NCBI GenBank assembly: GCA_902792115.1 | Contig: CADAYJ010000003.1 | Span: forward strand, 2,088-66,087 | Source of the DNA: an uncultured Ruminococcus sp. | GTDB lineage: Bacteria > Bacillota > Clostridia > Oscillospirales > Acutalibacteraceae | Direction: 5' to 3' | DNA: 64,000 bases | In this document: piece by piece, positions 27,386-37,309 of the stretch | How the letters are laid out: each line of letters starts with the position of its first letter | How positions within the stretch are numbered: the stretch's first letter is position 1 | Notes under the pieces: generated by a model | What the model was told of the DNA's origin: nothing | The model's database searches: none | What the model saw: the letters and a program-made list of their open reading frames with translations, nothing else | Translations under genes and position numbers: made by a program

Positions 27386-28318
27386 TTACACCCTCCTGAT
27401 CTCGCATTCAAGGCTCACGCCTTTTTCGCTCAGGACGGTATCCTGAATGAGCTTCACAAGGTCAGAGACGTCCTTGCACGTTGCGCCGCCCTTGTTGACG
27501 ATAAAGCCGGCGTGCTTCTCGCTCACCTGAGCGCCGCCGATCTGCCTTCCCTTGAGGCCGCACTCCTCTATAAGTCCGCCTGCGAAGAAGCCCTCGGGGC
27601 GCTTGAAAACGCTGCCGGCGCTCGGAAACTCGAGCGGCTGCTTCGTCCTGCGGCGATCCATAAAGTCGTTCATTCTGTCCTGAATGAGCGCTTTGTCGTC
27701 GTGGTGCAGCTTGACGGTAACGCTCGTTATGATGCCGGGGCGCTCTGCGAAGATGCTGTGGCGGTACGAAAGACCGAGCTTCTCAGCCGGGATCGTTCCG
27801 CATTTGCCGTCGGGGGAAACGTAAGATACGCTCTCTATAACGTCCTTCATCTCGCCGCCGTACGCGCCGGCATTCATGAACGCAGCGCCGCCGACGGAGC
27901 CGGGGATACCCCACGCGAACTCCAGCCCGCTGAGGCTGTGGTCAAGAGCATATTTGCACAGCTTTGCAAGCGTCAGTGCGGCACCGCACTTTATCGTGTT
28001 CTCGTCAAGGCTCGAAACGGCGCGCAGCTCGCCCGTAAGCCTGAAAACGACGCCCTCGTAGCCGTCGTCGGAGACGAGAAGGTTCGAGCCGTTGCCGATG
28101 ACCATGCAGGGCACACCTAGCCTCGTGCAGAGAGCATACAGCTCGCAGAGAGCGCTCACGCTCCCAACCTCGATGACCGCCGACGCAGCGCCGCCGATCT
28201 TGAACGTCGTATACTTAGAGAGCAGCTCGTTTTCAAGGACGCCGCAGCCCGTCTTTTTAGCGGCGTCAATTACGCTGCCGATATTTTTCTGTATATCCGA
28301 ATTATTATTTATAGTCAT
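27386..28318 (-). CDS. murB: UDP-N-acetylenolpyruvoylglucosamine reductase
   Basis: FAD-binding TTFKIGGAA...GNGSNLLV, GIPGSVGGA, SAGSVFKRP, and GGAQVSEKHAGFIVN. Confidence 0.93.
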   Translation of the reverse strand: MTINNNSDIQKNIGSVIDAAKKTGCGVLENELLSKYTTFKIGGAASAVIEVGSVSALCELYALCTRLGVPCMVIGNGSNLLVSDDGYEGVVFRLTGELRAVSSLDENTIKCGAALTLAKLCKYALDHSLSGLEFAWGIPGSVGGAAFMNAGAYGGEMKDVIESVSYVSPDGKCGTIPAEKLGLSYRHSIFAERPGIITSVTVKLHHDDKALIQDRMNDFMDRRRTKQPLEFPSAGSVFKRPEGFFAGGLIEECGLKGRQIGGAQVSEKHAGFIVNKGGATCKDVSDLVKLIQDTVLSEKGVSLECEIRRV

Positions 28319-28342
28319 ATTAGCTCCTCTAGTTTGATCTCA

Positions 28343-29083
28343 TCACTCGCGAAGCGCGATACCGCGTTCCGAGAGGCAGCGCTCGAAGCGCTCTACGGAG
28401 GAATTCACAACAAGCTCCTCCGGGAACCCGATCTCCTCGAGCATTCTGATAGTGCCGTCAAATCGGCCGAGCTGCGCTGTGAAGTGAGCGTCGGTGTTGA
28501 CGACGATCGGTATCTCCCTGCGCTTGCAGATCTTCGCGATCTCCACGCAGTTCGGAATTGACGCTTTGTTGTTTCTGAATGATGAATCGTTTATCTCGAT
28601 CAGCTTTCCTGCCGCGCCAAGCCGGGGCAGGACGGTCTCGTAGTCGAATTTGTACGCCGGAGTTCCGCAGTGGCCGATCACATTGATGTACGGATTTTTG
28701 GCGGCGTTGAGGTAAAGCTGCGTACAGCTCTCAAAGCTCGCCTGTGTTTTCGACTGATCGAGCGTTACGTCGTGGATCGACGCGACCACCCATTCGAGCG
28801 ACGAAAGCGCGCTCTCCTCGATCGTTTTGTCGAGGGAGGCATCAAAATCCGTGATATTCGCCTCCACGCCCTTGAGGACGCGCACGCCCATAAATGTTGA
28901 AGGAACGGCGACGAGGTTATTGAAGTACCATTTCTGCGGCGCTCCCGGCATATCGGGGCCGTGATCTGTCACGGCGATCGCGTAAAGACCGAGCCGCGCT
29001 GCCTCTGCCGTCATTTCTGTAATCGTTGCGTAGGCGTGAGTCGAGGCGATCGTGTGGGTGTGTGTATCTGCGATTATCCTCAT
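28343..29083 (-). CDS. PHP-family phosphoesterase (YcdX-like)
   Basis: N-terminal ADTHTHTIASTHA metal-binding motif, with further His/Asp motifs (AVTDHGP, IGHCG, NTDAH). Confidence 0.8.
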   Translation of the reverse strand: MRIIADTHTHTIASTHAYATITEMTAEAARLGLYAIAVTDHGPDMPGAPQKWYFNNLVAVPSTFMGVRVLKGVEANITDFDASLDKTIEESALSSLEWVVASIHDVTLDQSKTQASFESCTQLYLNAAKNPYINVIGHCGTPAYKFDYETVLPRLGAAGKLIEINDSSFRNNKASIPNCVEIAKICKRREIPIVVNTDAHFTAQLGRFDGTIRMLEEIGFPEELVVNSSVERFERCLSERGIALRE

Positions 29084-29089
29084 TGCACG

Positions 29090-30052
29090 TTACTCCCACG
29101 AAATTGTCGTCTTGCCGCTCTCGTCCGTGTCGTACGCCATGCCGAGGTTTGTAAGAAGCTCCTTCGCGGCGTTGTATCCCATCTTCTTCTGGCGGTTGTT
29201 CATCGCCGCCGCTTCAATGATAACGGCGAGGTTACGGCCGGGCTTTACGGGGATAGTGATCGTCGGGACCTTATTGCCGAGGATCTCCATATACTCCGTT
29301 TCCATGCCCATTCTGTCGTAAACCTTGCTGTTGTCCCACAGCTCGAGGTTTATGACGATGTCGATTTTTTCCGTATTCTTTACGGCGCCCATACCGTAGA
29401 TGCGGCGCGCGTTGATGATGCCGATACCGCGAAGCTCGATGAAGTGGCGGATATTCGCAGGCGACGAGCCTACGAGCGTTTTGTTCGACACACGCCTGAT
29501 CTCGACGGCGTCGTCGGCGATGAGACGGTGACCTCTCTTGATAAGCTCTACGGCGGTCTCCGATTTACCGATACCGCTGTCACCCATCAGGAGCATACCT
29601 TCGCCGTAAACCTCCACGAGAACGCCGTGGCGCGTTACGCGGGGCGCAAGCTCGACGTTAAGGAACGACACGAGCGACGCCGTGAATTCACTCGTTGCGT
29701 CGGACGAGACGAGGATCGCTACGCCGTACTTCGACGCCACGTTCTTGACCTCGGCAAACGGCTGAAGGTCGCGGCAGAAGATCATTGCCGGCGGCGAGAG
29801 CGAGAGAAATGTTTCGAGCGACTTCTCCCTCTCCTCAGAGGAGAGCATCTCGAGGAAGTGATGCTCCTTTTTGCCGATAATGAGGATCCTGTTTTTATCA
29901 AAGAAGTCGAGGTGACCTGTCAGCTCAAGTCCCGGTCTGTTGTAGTCGGCGACCGTTACGTTCAGGTCGTTCGGATCCTTCGGAGTGTAGACGATATCGA
30001 GTGAGAATTCGTTGATGATCTTCCCAAGGGAAACGGAAAAGTCCATGATCAT
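29090..30052 (-). CDS. hprK: HPr kinase/phosphorylase
   Basis: GVLVEVYGEGMLLMGDSGIGKSETAVELIKRGHRLIADD (P-loop plus signature). 320 aa. Confidence 0.94.
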   Translation of the reverse strand: MIMDFSVSLGKIINEFSLDIVYTPKDPNDLNVTVADYNRPGLELTGHLDFFDKNRILIIGKKEHHFLEMLSSEEREKSLETFLSLSPPAMIFCRDLQPFAEVKNVASKYGVAILVSSDATSEFTASLVSFLNVELAPRVTRHGVLVEVYGEGMLLMGDSGIGKSETAVELIKRGHRLIADDAVEIRRVSNKTLVGSSPANIRHFIELRGIGIINARRIYGMGAVKNTEKIDIVINLELWDNSKVYDRMGMETEYMEILGNKVPTITIPVKPGRNLAVIIEAAAMNNRQKKMGYNAAKELLTNLGMAYDTDESGKTTISWE

Positions 30053-30199
30053 ACCTGCCTTTCGTTTTATTGTAATTGTTCCGAGTAATTATTTGCTGAC
30101 GTTTTCCTCCGCAGCACTATCCATTACAATTATACTATAAAACGAAGAAATTGGGAAGAGGTATTTTAATAAAGTACACGCGCCGATTTTTAGGCAATA

Positions 30200-30242
30200 T
30201 TAACAAAGCGAACGCCGCCCAAGCGTGACAATTTGGGCGGCG
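30200..30242 (-). terminator. Probable terminator of spoIVA
   Basis: CGCCGCCCAA-10 nt loop-TTGGGCGGCG followed on the minus strand by TTCGCTTTGTT. Confidence 0.55.
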
Positions 30243-30254
30243 TAGATTATTGTA

Positions 30255-31769
30255 TCACAAAATAACGCAGATCAGGCCGTTGCAGCCGTCGTTGATGATC
30301 CGCTCGATCGTCTCGTTCAGCTTCGCGCGCGCTTCGGCAGGCATTCTGTACAGCTTGTTGTGCATACCCTCGTTTACAAGCTCGTTGAGCGACTTGCCGA
30401 AGATGTTCGACTCCCAGATCTTCACAGGATCGTCGTCGAACTGGTTGAGCAGGTAGCTCACAAGCTCCTCCGACTGCTCCTCCGAGCCGACGATCGGCGT
30501 TACCTCCGTTGTAATGTTCGTTTTCAGCATATGGATAGACGGCGCCGTCGCGCGCAGCTTGATGCCGTAGCGGCTGCCCTGGCGGATTATCTGAGGCTCC
30601 TCGAGCGTAAGATCCTCCATCGACGGCATGACGATGCCGTAGCCGGAATCGAGCGCCTCGGCGTACGCGGCCTTGATCTTGTCGAACTCCGACTTCACTC
30701 CGGAAAGCTCGACGATCATGCCGAGAATGTCGGCCTCGTCCGCGATATCCATGCCCGTTTTCTCGCCTATCACGCTGCAGAAAAGCCCCTTGTCGAGCGT
30801 TACGGTAATACGCGCCTTGCCCGTTCCGAGGTCGATCGCGCCGGTCTTCGCGCTTTCCACGAATTCGCAGCGGCCGACCGACTCGCAGATATCGGAGAGC
30901 TGCCGCAGCTTGACTGCGTTCGCGGCGGCGTCTCTGATCGTTCCGAAAACGCCGCTTTTGATGCGGTGTCCCTTCTCGAGCGCGCCCACCCACTTCGGCA
31001 TATCGACGCAGATCTCGCGCACGGGGAACTCGAACAGCACGCTCGCGAGGATCCTTTTGATCTCACTCTCGCCAAGCTCCAGACAGTTGACGGGGAGAAC
31101 GCTCACGCCGTAGCGCTCCGAGAGCGTTTTCGCAAGAGAACGCGCGCTTTCCTCCTGCGGATCGGCGCAGTTGAGAAGGACGACGAAGGGCTTCCCAAGC
31201 TCCTTCAGCTCGCCGATTACGCGCTGCTCCGCCTCCTCGTATTCCTTGCGCGGAATATCGGTGACGGAGCCGTCCGTCGTGACGACGATGCCGACGCTCG
31301 AATGGTCTGTGATCACCTTCTGCGTTCCGATCTCCGCCGCCATATTGAACGGTATCTCCTCGTCGTACCACGGCGTTTTTACCATTCTAGGCTGCTCGTC
31401 TTCGATATATCCGAGCGCACTCGGAACGATGTAGCCTACGCAGTCGATCATTCTCACAAAAAAAGCCGCGCCGCCGTCGAGGTGTATCTCCACGGCATCC
31501 TCGGGGATAAACTTCGGCTCTGTCGTCATGATCGTTCGCCCTGCCGCCGATTGCGGAAGCTCGTCGATCGCGCGGCGGCGAAGCGCGTCGTCGTCTATAT
31601 TCGGTATGACGAGCGTGTCCATAAAGCGCTTGATAAACGTAGATTTACCCGTCCTCACGCCGCCCACTACGCCGAGGTATATCCGCCCGTTCGTGCGCTT
31701 CGATATATCGCTGTAAACATTTCTCTCTTCCAACGTAACAACCTCCGTACTCACATTGAGATGTTCCAT
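30255..31769 (-). CDS. spoIVA: Stage IV sporulation protein A (spore coat morphogenetic ATPase)
   Basis: YLGVVGGVRTGKSTFIKRFMD (Walker A) parallels Bacillus SpoIVA. Length is about 504 aa from ATG 31769 (CAGGAG RBS). The track start at 31808 would add 13 aa. Confidence 0.92.
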   Translation of the reverse strand: MEHLNVSTEVVTLEERNVYSDISKRTNGRIYLGVVGGVRTGKSTFIKRFMDTLVIPNIDDDALRRRAIDELPQSAAGRTIMTTEPKFIPEDAVEIHLDGGAAFFVRMIDCVGYIVPSALGYIEDEQPRMVKTPWYDEEIPFNMAAEIGTQKVITDHSSVGIVVTTDGSVTDIPRKEYEEAEQRVIGELKELGKPFVVLLNCADPQEESARSLAKTLSERYGVSVLPVNCLELGESEIKRILASVLFEFPVREICVDMPKWVGALEKGHRIKSGVFGTIRDAAANAVKLRQLSDICESVGRCEFVESAKTGAIDLGTGKARITVTLDKGLFCSVIGEKTGMDIADEADILGMIVELSGVKSEFDKIKAAYAEALDSGYGIVMPSMEDLTLEEPQIIRQGSRYGIKLRATAPSIHMLKTNITTEVTPIVGSEEQSEELVSYLLNQFDDDPVKIWESNIFGKSLNELVNEGMHNKLYRMPAEARAKLNETIERIINDGCNGLICVIL

Positions 31770-31857
31770 TGTATGAAAGCTCCTGCCCGGATATTCATAC
31801 CGGCTCATTTACGAAATATACATGGTAGTACCAATGAAATGAAAAGGGGTGTCTTTA

Positions 31858-32135
31858 TGAACGACGATATGGAAAGCATTCAGAATGACTGCGGCGAAAA
31901 GACCGGGGACAGCGCACCGAAGCGCGCAGGCATATCTCCCGTGCTGGCGGCGAGGCTGCTTATCTGCGCGTCTTTGGCGGCTGCGGCTCTGATACTCAGG
32001 CAGTTCGGCGGAGAGCTGTGCGAAAACGCCCGGTCTTTCTACGAGGAATACGCCGTCCGCTCGCTGATAATCGAAACGCAGGACTCGAACGAATCGTTCA
32101 TTCGCGCGGCGCAGAATGACTATCAGAGCAGGTAG
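31858..32135 (+). CDS. Small bitopic membrane protein (92 aa), unknown function
   Basis: ATG at 31858 lies after AAAAGGGG. It has a single TM (ISPVLAARLLICASLAAAALIL). Its 3' end overlaps the start of the M50 gene by 20 nt. It lies inside a long spurious antisense ORF in the track. Confidence 0.45.
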
Positions 32136-32709
32136 GCTGCGCCTGCGCTTCGGCTATCCTGCCGCGGCGGCGATCTGCGCCTGCGCCGTCGTTCTGGGGG
32201 AGCGTTACCCTGCCGCGCTGCTTTGTGCGGTGATACACGAGGCAGGGCACATTGCGGCGCTGCTCCGCTTCGGACAGGAGCGAATCGACATACGTCTGCG
32301 TGTGACGCGCACCGACATAATCGACAGCGGAAAAGGCTCGCGCCCGGATAGGCAGCAGGCTCTCGTCTCGCTCGCAGGGCCGCTTGCAAACGCCGCCGCT
32401 TCGCCGCTCTTTTACGCTCTGTACGCTTCGGCGGCGTGCCCGTTCCTTCTCGACTGCGCGATGATAAGCGCGGCGCTGTGTGTATTCAATCTCCTGCCGA
32501 TGTTCGGAACGGACGGCGGCGAGCTTGCAGCAATCGCGCTCTCTCGCCGCCTCTCCGAAAAAGCGGCGCACAATATAATGACGGCGCTGACCGGATTTTT
32601 CCTTCTGCCCGTTTTCGCGGCATCCTTCTATGCACTTCTTCGCACCGGCAGCAACGTCTCGCTCCTGATCTTCGCGTTTGCGGCAGCGGCGGAGGGCTTC
32701 TCAAAATAG
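32116..32709 (+). CDS. Short M50-family (site-2 protease-like) membrane metallopeptidase (197 aa)
   Basis: HEAGH (HExxH) in a TM segment and NLLPMFGTDGG (the NxxPxxxxDG motif of S2P/SpoIVFB-type proteases). No PDZ or CBS domain. Confidence 0.7.
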   Translation: MTIRAGRLRLRFGYPAAAAICACAVVLGERYPAALLCAVIHEAGHIAALLRFGQERIDIRLRVTRTDIIDSGKGSRPDRQQALVSLAGPLANAAASPLFYALYASAACPFLLDCAMISAALCVFNLLPMFGTDGGELAAIALSRRLSEKAAHNIMTALTGFFLLPVFAASFYALLRTGSNVSLLIFAFAAAAEGFSK

Positions 32710-32783
32710 CGGATAACACGCTCTTGACGTTTTTACGATTTTTTTGTATAATAGTAGAACATCAGAACGAAAGGCGGCTTTTT

Positions 32784-32960
32784 ATGCCAATCCCCAAAGA
32801 TCCGATCATACTGCTTTCATATGCGAACACGAAGCTGCGCGACGAGTTTCACTCTCTCGACGAGCTGTGTGCTTCTCTCGGGCAAGACAAAAGCGAGCTT
32901 TCGGAAAAGCTCGCCGCGGTCGGTTATCATTATGACGAATCGAAGAATCAGTTTGTCTGA
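32784..32960 (+). CDS. DUF4250-like small protein (58 aa)
   Basis: MPIPKDPIILLSYANTKLRDEFHSLDELCASLGQDKSELSEKLAAVGYHYDESKNQFV matches my memory of the conserved DUF4250 family. Confidence 0.65.
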   Translation: MPIPKDPIILLSYANTKLRDEFHSLDELCASLGQDKSELSEKLAAVGYHYDESKNQFV

Positions 32961-32965
32961 CGCAG

Positions 32966-33922
32966 TCATTCGCCGAGATCAAGCGTCGCTATGACGTCTC
33001 TGAGCGTATCGGCGGACTGCAGGAGCGCCGCTGTTTCCTCGCCGTTGAGGCTGATGGGAACCTGCGTCTCAACGCCGTGCTTGCCGACGATCGCCGGCAT
33101 ACTGAGGGCTACGTCCCTGATGCCGAACATTCCCGTCTGAACGGTCGAAACGGGCAGAACGGACTTCTGGTCGAGGATCACTGCCTCGCAGATACGGCGC
33201 ACAGACATCGCGATACCGTAGTACGTAGCCTTCTTTTTCTTGATGATCTCGTAGGCGCTGTTCTTTACGTCGTCCGCTATCTTCTCCATTGCCTTGCTGT
33301 GCTCGTAGTGGCCGCGCATCTCGCAGAAGCGGTTGAGCGGTACGCCGGAGACGTTTACGCTGCTCCACGCCGCGATCTCGCTGTCGCCGTGCTCGCCGAT
33401 AACGAAGGCGTGAACGGAACGGCTGTCAACGCCGAGGTGTTCGCCGAGCTGGTATTTGAGCCTTGCGGAATCAAGGACAGTACCGGAGCCGAAGACCTGG
33501 TTATTCGGGAGTCCGCTGAGCTTCGCCGCCGTATACGTGAGGATATCGACGGGGTTTGCGACGATCAGAAGGACGCCGTTGTATCCGCGCTTGCTGATCT
33601 CCGGGATTATCGACTTGAATATCGCGACGTTTTTCTTTACAAGATCGAGCCTCGTTTCGCCGGGCTTCTGCCCTGCTCCTGCCGTAACTATGATAATTGC
33701 GGCGTCGGTTATGTCGTCGTAGCTGCCGGCGTATATCTTCATAGGCTTTGCAAAAGGCATTCCGTGGCTTATGTCAAGAGCCTCGCCCTCCGCCCTGTCG
33801 CGGTCGGCGTCGATCAGCACCATCTCGGAAAACAGTCCGCTCTGCATCAGTGCGAATGCGGAAGCCGCTCCGACGAAGCCGCAGCCGATTATCGCTGCCT
33901 TTCTTACATTCTTTTCAACCAT
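32966..33922 (-). CDS. ldh: L-lactate dehydrogenase
   Basis: KAAIIGCGFVGAASAF (NAD fold), GEHGDS catalytic His region, and VTAGAGQKPGETRLDL. ATG at 33922 has a GGAAGGA RBS; the track start at 34027 adds an implausible 35 aa. Confidence 0.93.
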   Translation of the reverse strand: MVEKNVRKAAIIGCGFVGAASAFALMQSGLFSEMVLIDADRDRAEGEALDISHGMPFAKPMKIYAGSYDDITDAAIIIVTAGAGQKPGETRLDLVKKNVAIFKSIIPEISKRGYNGVLLIVANPVDILTYTAAKLSGLPNNQVFGSGTVLDSARLKYQLGEHLGVDSRSVHAFVIGEHGDSEIAAWSSVNVSGVPLNRFCEMRGHYEHSKAMEKIADDVKNSAYEIIKKKKATYYGIAMSVRRICEAVILDQKSVLPVSTVQTGMFGIRDVALSMPAIVGKHGVETQVPISLNGEETAALLQSADTLRDVIATLDLGE

Positions 33923-34056
33923 AAATATCAGATCCTTCCCATTGTGGATTGCCTTAATCACTAAGGTCAATATAAGTATAACAAATCTAGCGCTCTTTAT
34001 CAACAGCAAACTTTGTAATTTTTTCACCGGGCGGAGATTTTTCGGACGGTCAAAAG

Positions 34057-35061
34057 GTGGTTATAGCTTTGCCGAACAGATTCACAAGAGAGATCACTCT
34101 CGACGGCGAAAATGTGACATACATTCTCGAATACAAAAGCATCAAAAACGTAAATATACACTGCACGCCCGCGAAGGGACTGTACATTTCCGCGCCGTTC
34201 CACGCCGACCTGCAGAAGATCGACACATACCTGAAGGACAACAGCGAGCGCATTCTCGACGCCGTACACAAGGCGAATTCGTCCTCCTGCCGCCCGGGGA
34301 AGCCGCGCTGCGAGCAACGCAGGCTGACGCTCGGAAGCCGCGAGATCCAATACGAGCTTCACTACAAAAACGTCAAGCGCATAAACCTCTCCGTAAGCGG
34401 AGACAAGGGCGTCAGAGTATCGGCGCCGCCCTCCGTCGGGATAGGAGAGATCGAGCGGTTCATGATGAGCAATGCAGATTTCATCACGCGCGCGCTTGAA
34501 AAATACGAGCGTCTCTCCGAGGCTCTCCCGACCGCCAAGACGTACAGCGACGGCGAGTACATCTACTTTCTCGGAAAGCGCCGAACGATCCGCCTTACCA
34601 CTTCTTCGCGCAACACGGCGGAGCTTCGGGGCGACGAGCTTTTGATACTCGCGGCAGACACGGAAAACACCTGCCTGAAAAGCTCGATCGTCGATTCGTT
34701 CCTCAAAAGGCAGTGTGAGGATATCATTCCCAAAATGTGCCTGAAGCTGTATCCCCGGTTTGAGGAAAAGGGGATCGCGTTTCCGAAGGAGCTGCGGTTC
34801 AGGAAGATGGTGTCGTGCTGGGGCAACTGCCGCCCGTCGCGCTCGATACTGACGTTCAGCACACATCTGATACAGCTCCCCGAGAAGTGCATCGAGCAGG
34901 TCATCTGCCACGAGTTTACGCATTTTCTTCACGCGAACCATTCCAAGCTGTTCTACGCGCAGCTTTCCGAATTCATGCCGGACTGGAAGCGGTACGACGC
35001 ATTGACGAAGCAGCTCCAGGGCGAGATCATAATCCGCAACAGCGGCAAGGTCACTGAATAA
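34057..35061 (+). CDS. YgjP-like (DUF45) zinc metallopeptidase-fold protein with a duplicated N-terminal module
   Basis: C-terminal HEFTHFLHANHS (HExxH...H) is typical of DUF45/YgjP. 334 aa. The start codon (GTG 34057) is uncertain. Confidence 0.7.
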   Translation: MVIALPNRFTREITLDGENVTYILEYKSIKNVNIHCTPAKGLYISAPFHADLQKIDTYLKDNSERILDAVHKANSSSCRPGKPRCEQRRLTLGSREIQYELHYKNVKRINLSVSGDKGVRVSAPPSVGIGEIERFMMSNADFITRALEKYERLSEALPTAKTYSDGEYIYFLGKRRTIRLTTSSRNTAELRGDELLILAADTENTCLKSSIVDSFLKRQCEDIIPKMCLKLYPRFEEKGIAFPKELRFRKMVSCWGNCRPSRSILTFSTHLIQLPEKCIEQVICHEFTHFLHANHSKLFYAQLSEFMPDWKRYDALTKQLQGEIIIRNSGKVTE

Positions 35062-35105
35062 AAAAACGAGGTCTTTTCCGTTCGGGAGAGACCTCGTTTG
35101 TCATT
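35060..35105. terminator. Bidirectional terminator between the ygjP-like and yraN genes
   Basis: A7 + ACGAGGTCT-14 nt loop-AGACCTCGT + TTTGTCATTTT. Confidence 0.7.
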
Positions 35106-35150
35106 TTCAAAAAGCCGGGCAAAAAACTTTCAGAGGTGCAGCTGCCGGGT

Positions 35151-35555
35151 TTACAGATATCCTGCCGCCTGCTCGACGGCGTTTTTTATGTATTCAATAC
35201 TCAGCAGCCTGTTTGTGCGCTCGTCAACGATCACCTGCGCGCAGTCTATCCGCGGCTGCTTGTCCGTGCTGTGCTTCGACAGATAGTCGGCAACTGTTCG
35301 CGTGAACCTTTTCAGCTTCGTGCTGGTTATGCTCTCGAAGCCGCCCACCATCGAGCGCTGCGTCCGCGTCTTGACCTCGACGAACATTATACGCACCTCG
35401 TTCTCCGCGATAACGTCTATCTCGCCGTAGCGCGACGAGTAATTCCTCGCAGCGACTGTACACCCGTGCGCTTCAAGATATTCGCAGACGTACTCCTCGC
35501 CTGCTTTTCCCCTTCTGCGTATCTCGAAGTCACGCTTATCTTCCGTTTTTCTCAT
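35151..35555 (-). CDS. yraN: YraN-family (UPF0102) endonuclease-like protein
   Basis: [10 protein letters not shown]...MFVEVKTR motif. Conserved position downstream of rnhB. Confidence 0.85.
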   Translation of the reverse strand: MRKTEDKRDFEIRRRGKAGEEYVCEYLEAHGCTVAARNYSSRYGEIDVIAENEVRIMFVEVKTRTQRSMVGGFESITSTKLKRFTRTVADYLSKHSTDKQPRIDCAQVIVDERTNRLLSIEYIKNAVEQAAGYL

Positions 35556-36153
35556 ACAGCTTTTTCAGGAAGCCGGGGCGGTGTATCGGCGTTTCCCCGT
35601 ATTTTAAGATAGCGTCGGTGTGGAGCTTCGTTCCGTACCCCTTGTGCTTTTCAAAGCCGTACTCCGGGTACTGAGCGGCGTATTCGAGCATCAGCCTGTC
35701 TCGGCTGACCTTAGCAAGTATCGACGCTGCCGCGACAGACATCGAGCGCGCGTCGCCCTTCACAACAGGCTCGCAGGGGATATCGAGCTGCGGCTCGCGG
35801 TTGCCGTCTATGATCGCGAAATCGGCAGGGACATCAAGCGACTCTACGGCGCGCTTCATCGCGAGCATCGCCGCGTTGAGAATGTTTATCTGCTCGATCT
35901 CCTCGACGCTCGCCCACGCGACGGAGCAAGCGACCGCCTCGGACAGGATAACGTCGAACAGCTTCTCGCGCTTTTTTTCGGTGAGCTTCTTTGAATCGTT
36001 CACGCCCTCGATGATCCTGCCGGGCGGAAGTATGACAGCAGCGGCGCACACCGGACCGGCGAGCGGCCCTCTGCCTGCCTCGTCTACGCCGCAGACGCTT
36101 GAAAAGCCGCGCGCGATCGCTTTGTTTTCAAATTCGAGCCAATCCATACGCAA
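35536..36153 (-). CDS. rnhB: Ribonuclease HII
   Basis: [14 protein letters not shown] active-site motif, NDSKKL, and ASILAKV. Confidence 0.93.
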   Translation of the reverse strand: MRMDWLEFENKAIARGFSSVCGVDEAGRGPLAGPVCAAAVILPPGRIIEGVNDSKKLTEKKREKLFDVILSEAVACSVAWASVEEIEQINILNAAMLAMKRAVESLDVPADFAIIDGNREPQLDIPCEPVVKGDARSMSVAAASILAKVSRDRLMLEYAAQYPEYGFEKHKGYGTKLHTDAILKYGETPIHRPGFLKKLYEKNGR

Positions 36154-36161
36154 AACCTCCG

Positions 36162-37265
36162 TTACTCCGGCAGCTCGAGCGTGATCCTGCCGAGCTTTGC
36201 CGCGCGGAATTCGTCGAGCACCATGACAGCGGCGCGCTCCGTGTCGGCTTCGCCGCCGGAGACGAGCATACCGCGCTTTTTCGCGATCACCTCAAGCAAC
36301 TCGTGAGCCGCAAGCGACTCCGCTTCCTCGCCCGAGAGAGAGAAGCGCTCCAGAAACGCCTTCGTCGGGCGGCTTTTCATGTATTCAAGAAGGCGGAGCG
36401 AGAGCTGCTCCGTATCCGTGACGTCGTCCTTGACGGCGCCTGTGAAGGCGAGGCGCTCGCCGACGATCTGGTCGTCGAAGCGCGGCCACAGCACTCCGGG
36501 CGTATCAAGAAGCTCGACTGTAACGCCGCCGCTCGTGAGCGTGAACCACTGGTTGCCGCGCGTTACGCCGGGGCGGTCCTCCGTCTTCGCCTTTGACGTC
36601 TTCGATATCCTGTTTATGAACGTCGATTTGCCGACGTTCGGAATTCCCACGATCATAACGCGCAGCGAGCGGTTCACCATTCCCTTTGCCCTCCACGCTT
36701 CGAGCTTGTCGGAGAGAACGTCTCTGACGGCGCTCGTGAAGCTGCCGATACCTGCGCCTGTTTTGCAGTCAAGCTCTATCGCTCGTATACCCCTGCTGCG
36801 GAAATACTCCGCCCACTGCTTCGTTGCGCGCGGATCGGCGAGGTCGCATTTGTTCATCAGAATAATGCGCGGCTTGGAGCCGATCATGCCCGTAAGATCG
36901 GGATTGCGGCTCGAAAGCGGAACGCGCGCGTCGATGATTTCAGCCACGGCGTCAACGAGCTTTAAGTCCGCCTGAATCTTTCTCTTCGTCCGCGTCATAT
37001 GCCCGGGGAACCACTGAATATACTGCGAATTCTCGCTTTGCTGCGTGTATTCTACGGGGCGCTTCTCCCTTCTGCTGCGGCGCGCCTCGGCGTGCTGAGC
37101 CTTGATCGCCGAGGGCTTGCGCTCCTGTCTGCGGCCGCTGCGGTCGGAGGCGTTTTTCTGAGCGTAACGCTCCCTCTTTCCGCGAATTGCCTTTTTGCTG
37201 CCCTTTGTCTGCTTCATGTTTTTCACCCCTGATCCTTCCTTGACGGCTGCCGCTTGCTTCTTCAT
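36162..37265 (-). CDS. rbgA: Ribosome biogenesis GTPase A (YlqF/RbgA) with a basic N-terminal extension
   Basis: [15 protein letters not shown], circularly permuted G motifs (NKCDL ... [13 protein letters not shown] ... DTPG). About 80 aa of K/R-rich sequence precede the canonical start region. Confidence 0.88.
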   Translation of the reverse strand: MKKQAAAVKEGSGVKNMKQTKGSKKAIRGKRERYAQKNASDRSGRRQERKPSAIKAQHAEARRSRREKRPVEYTQQSENSQYIQWFPGHMTRTKRKIQADLKLVDAVAEIIDARVPLSSRNPDLTGMIGSKPRIILMNKCDLADPRATKQWAEYFRSRGIRAIELDCKTGAGIGSFTSAVRDVLSDKLEAWRAKGMVNRSLRVMIVGIPNVGKSTFINRISKTSKAKTEDRPGVTRGNQWFTLTSGGVTVELLDTPGVLWPRFDDQIVGERLAFTGAVKDDVTDTEQLSLRLLEYMKSRPTKAFLERFSLSGEEAESLAAHELLEVIAKKRGMLVSGGEADTERAAVMVLDEFRAAKLGRITLELPE

Positions 37266-37309
37266 ACCAAAAAAAGGACTTCTTTCGCAAGAAATCCTTT
37301 TATCAGTTC

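Noticed and set aside
31770-31857. Attempted to assign a sigma-E-type promoter (ATATT-N14-CATACA-like) upstream of spoIVA.
   Set aside because: Only GTATATT-N14-GTATGAATA is present. The -10 match is too weak to call from sequence alone.
33930-33960. Possible Rex (redox repressor) operator TTGTGG...ATCAC upstream of ldh.
   Set aside because: The half-site spacing (10 nt between TGTGG and TCAC) does not fit the TTGTGAA-N6-TTCACAA consensus, and the half-sites are degenerate.
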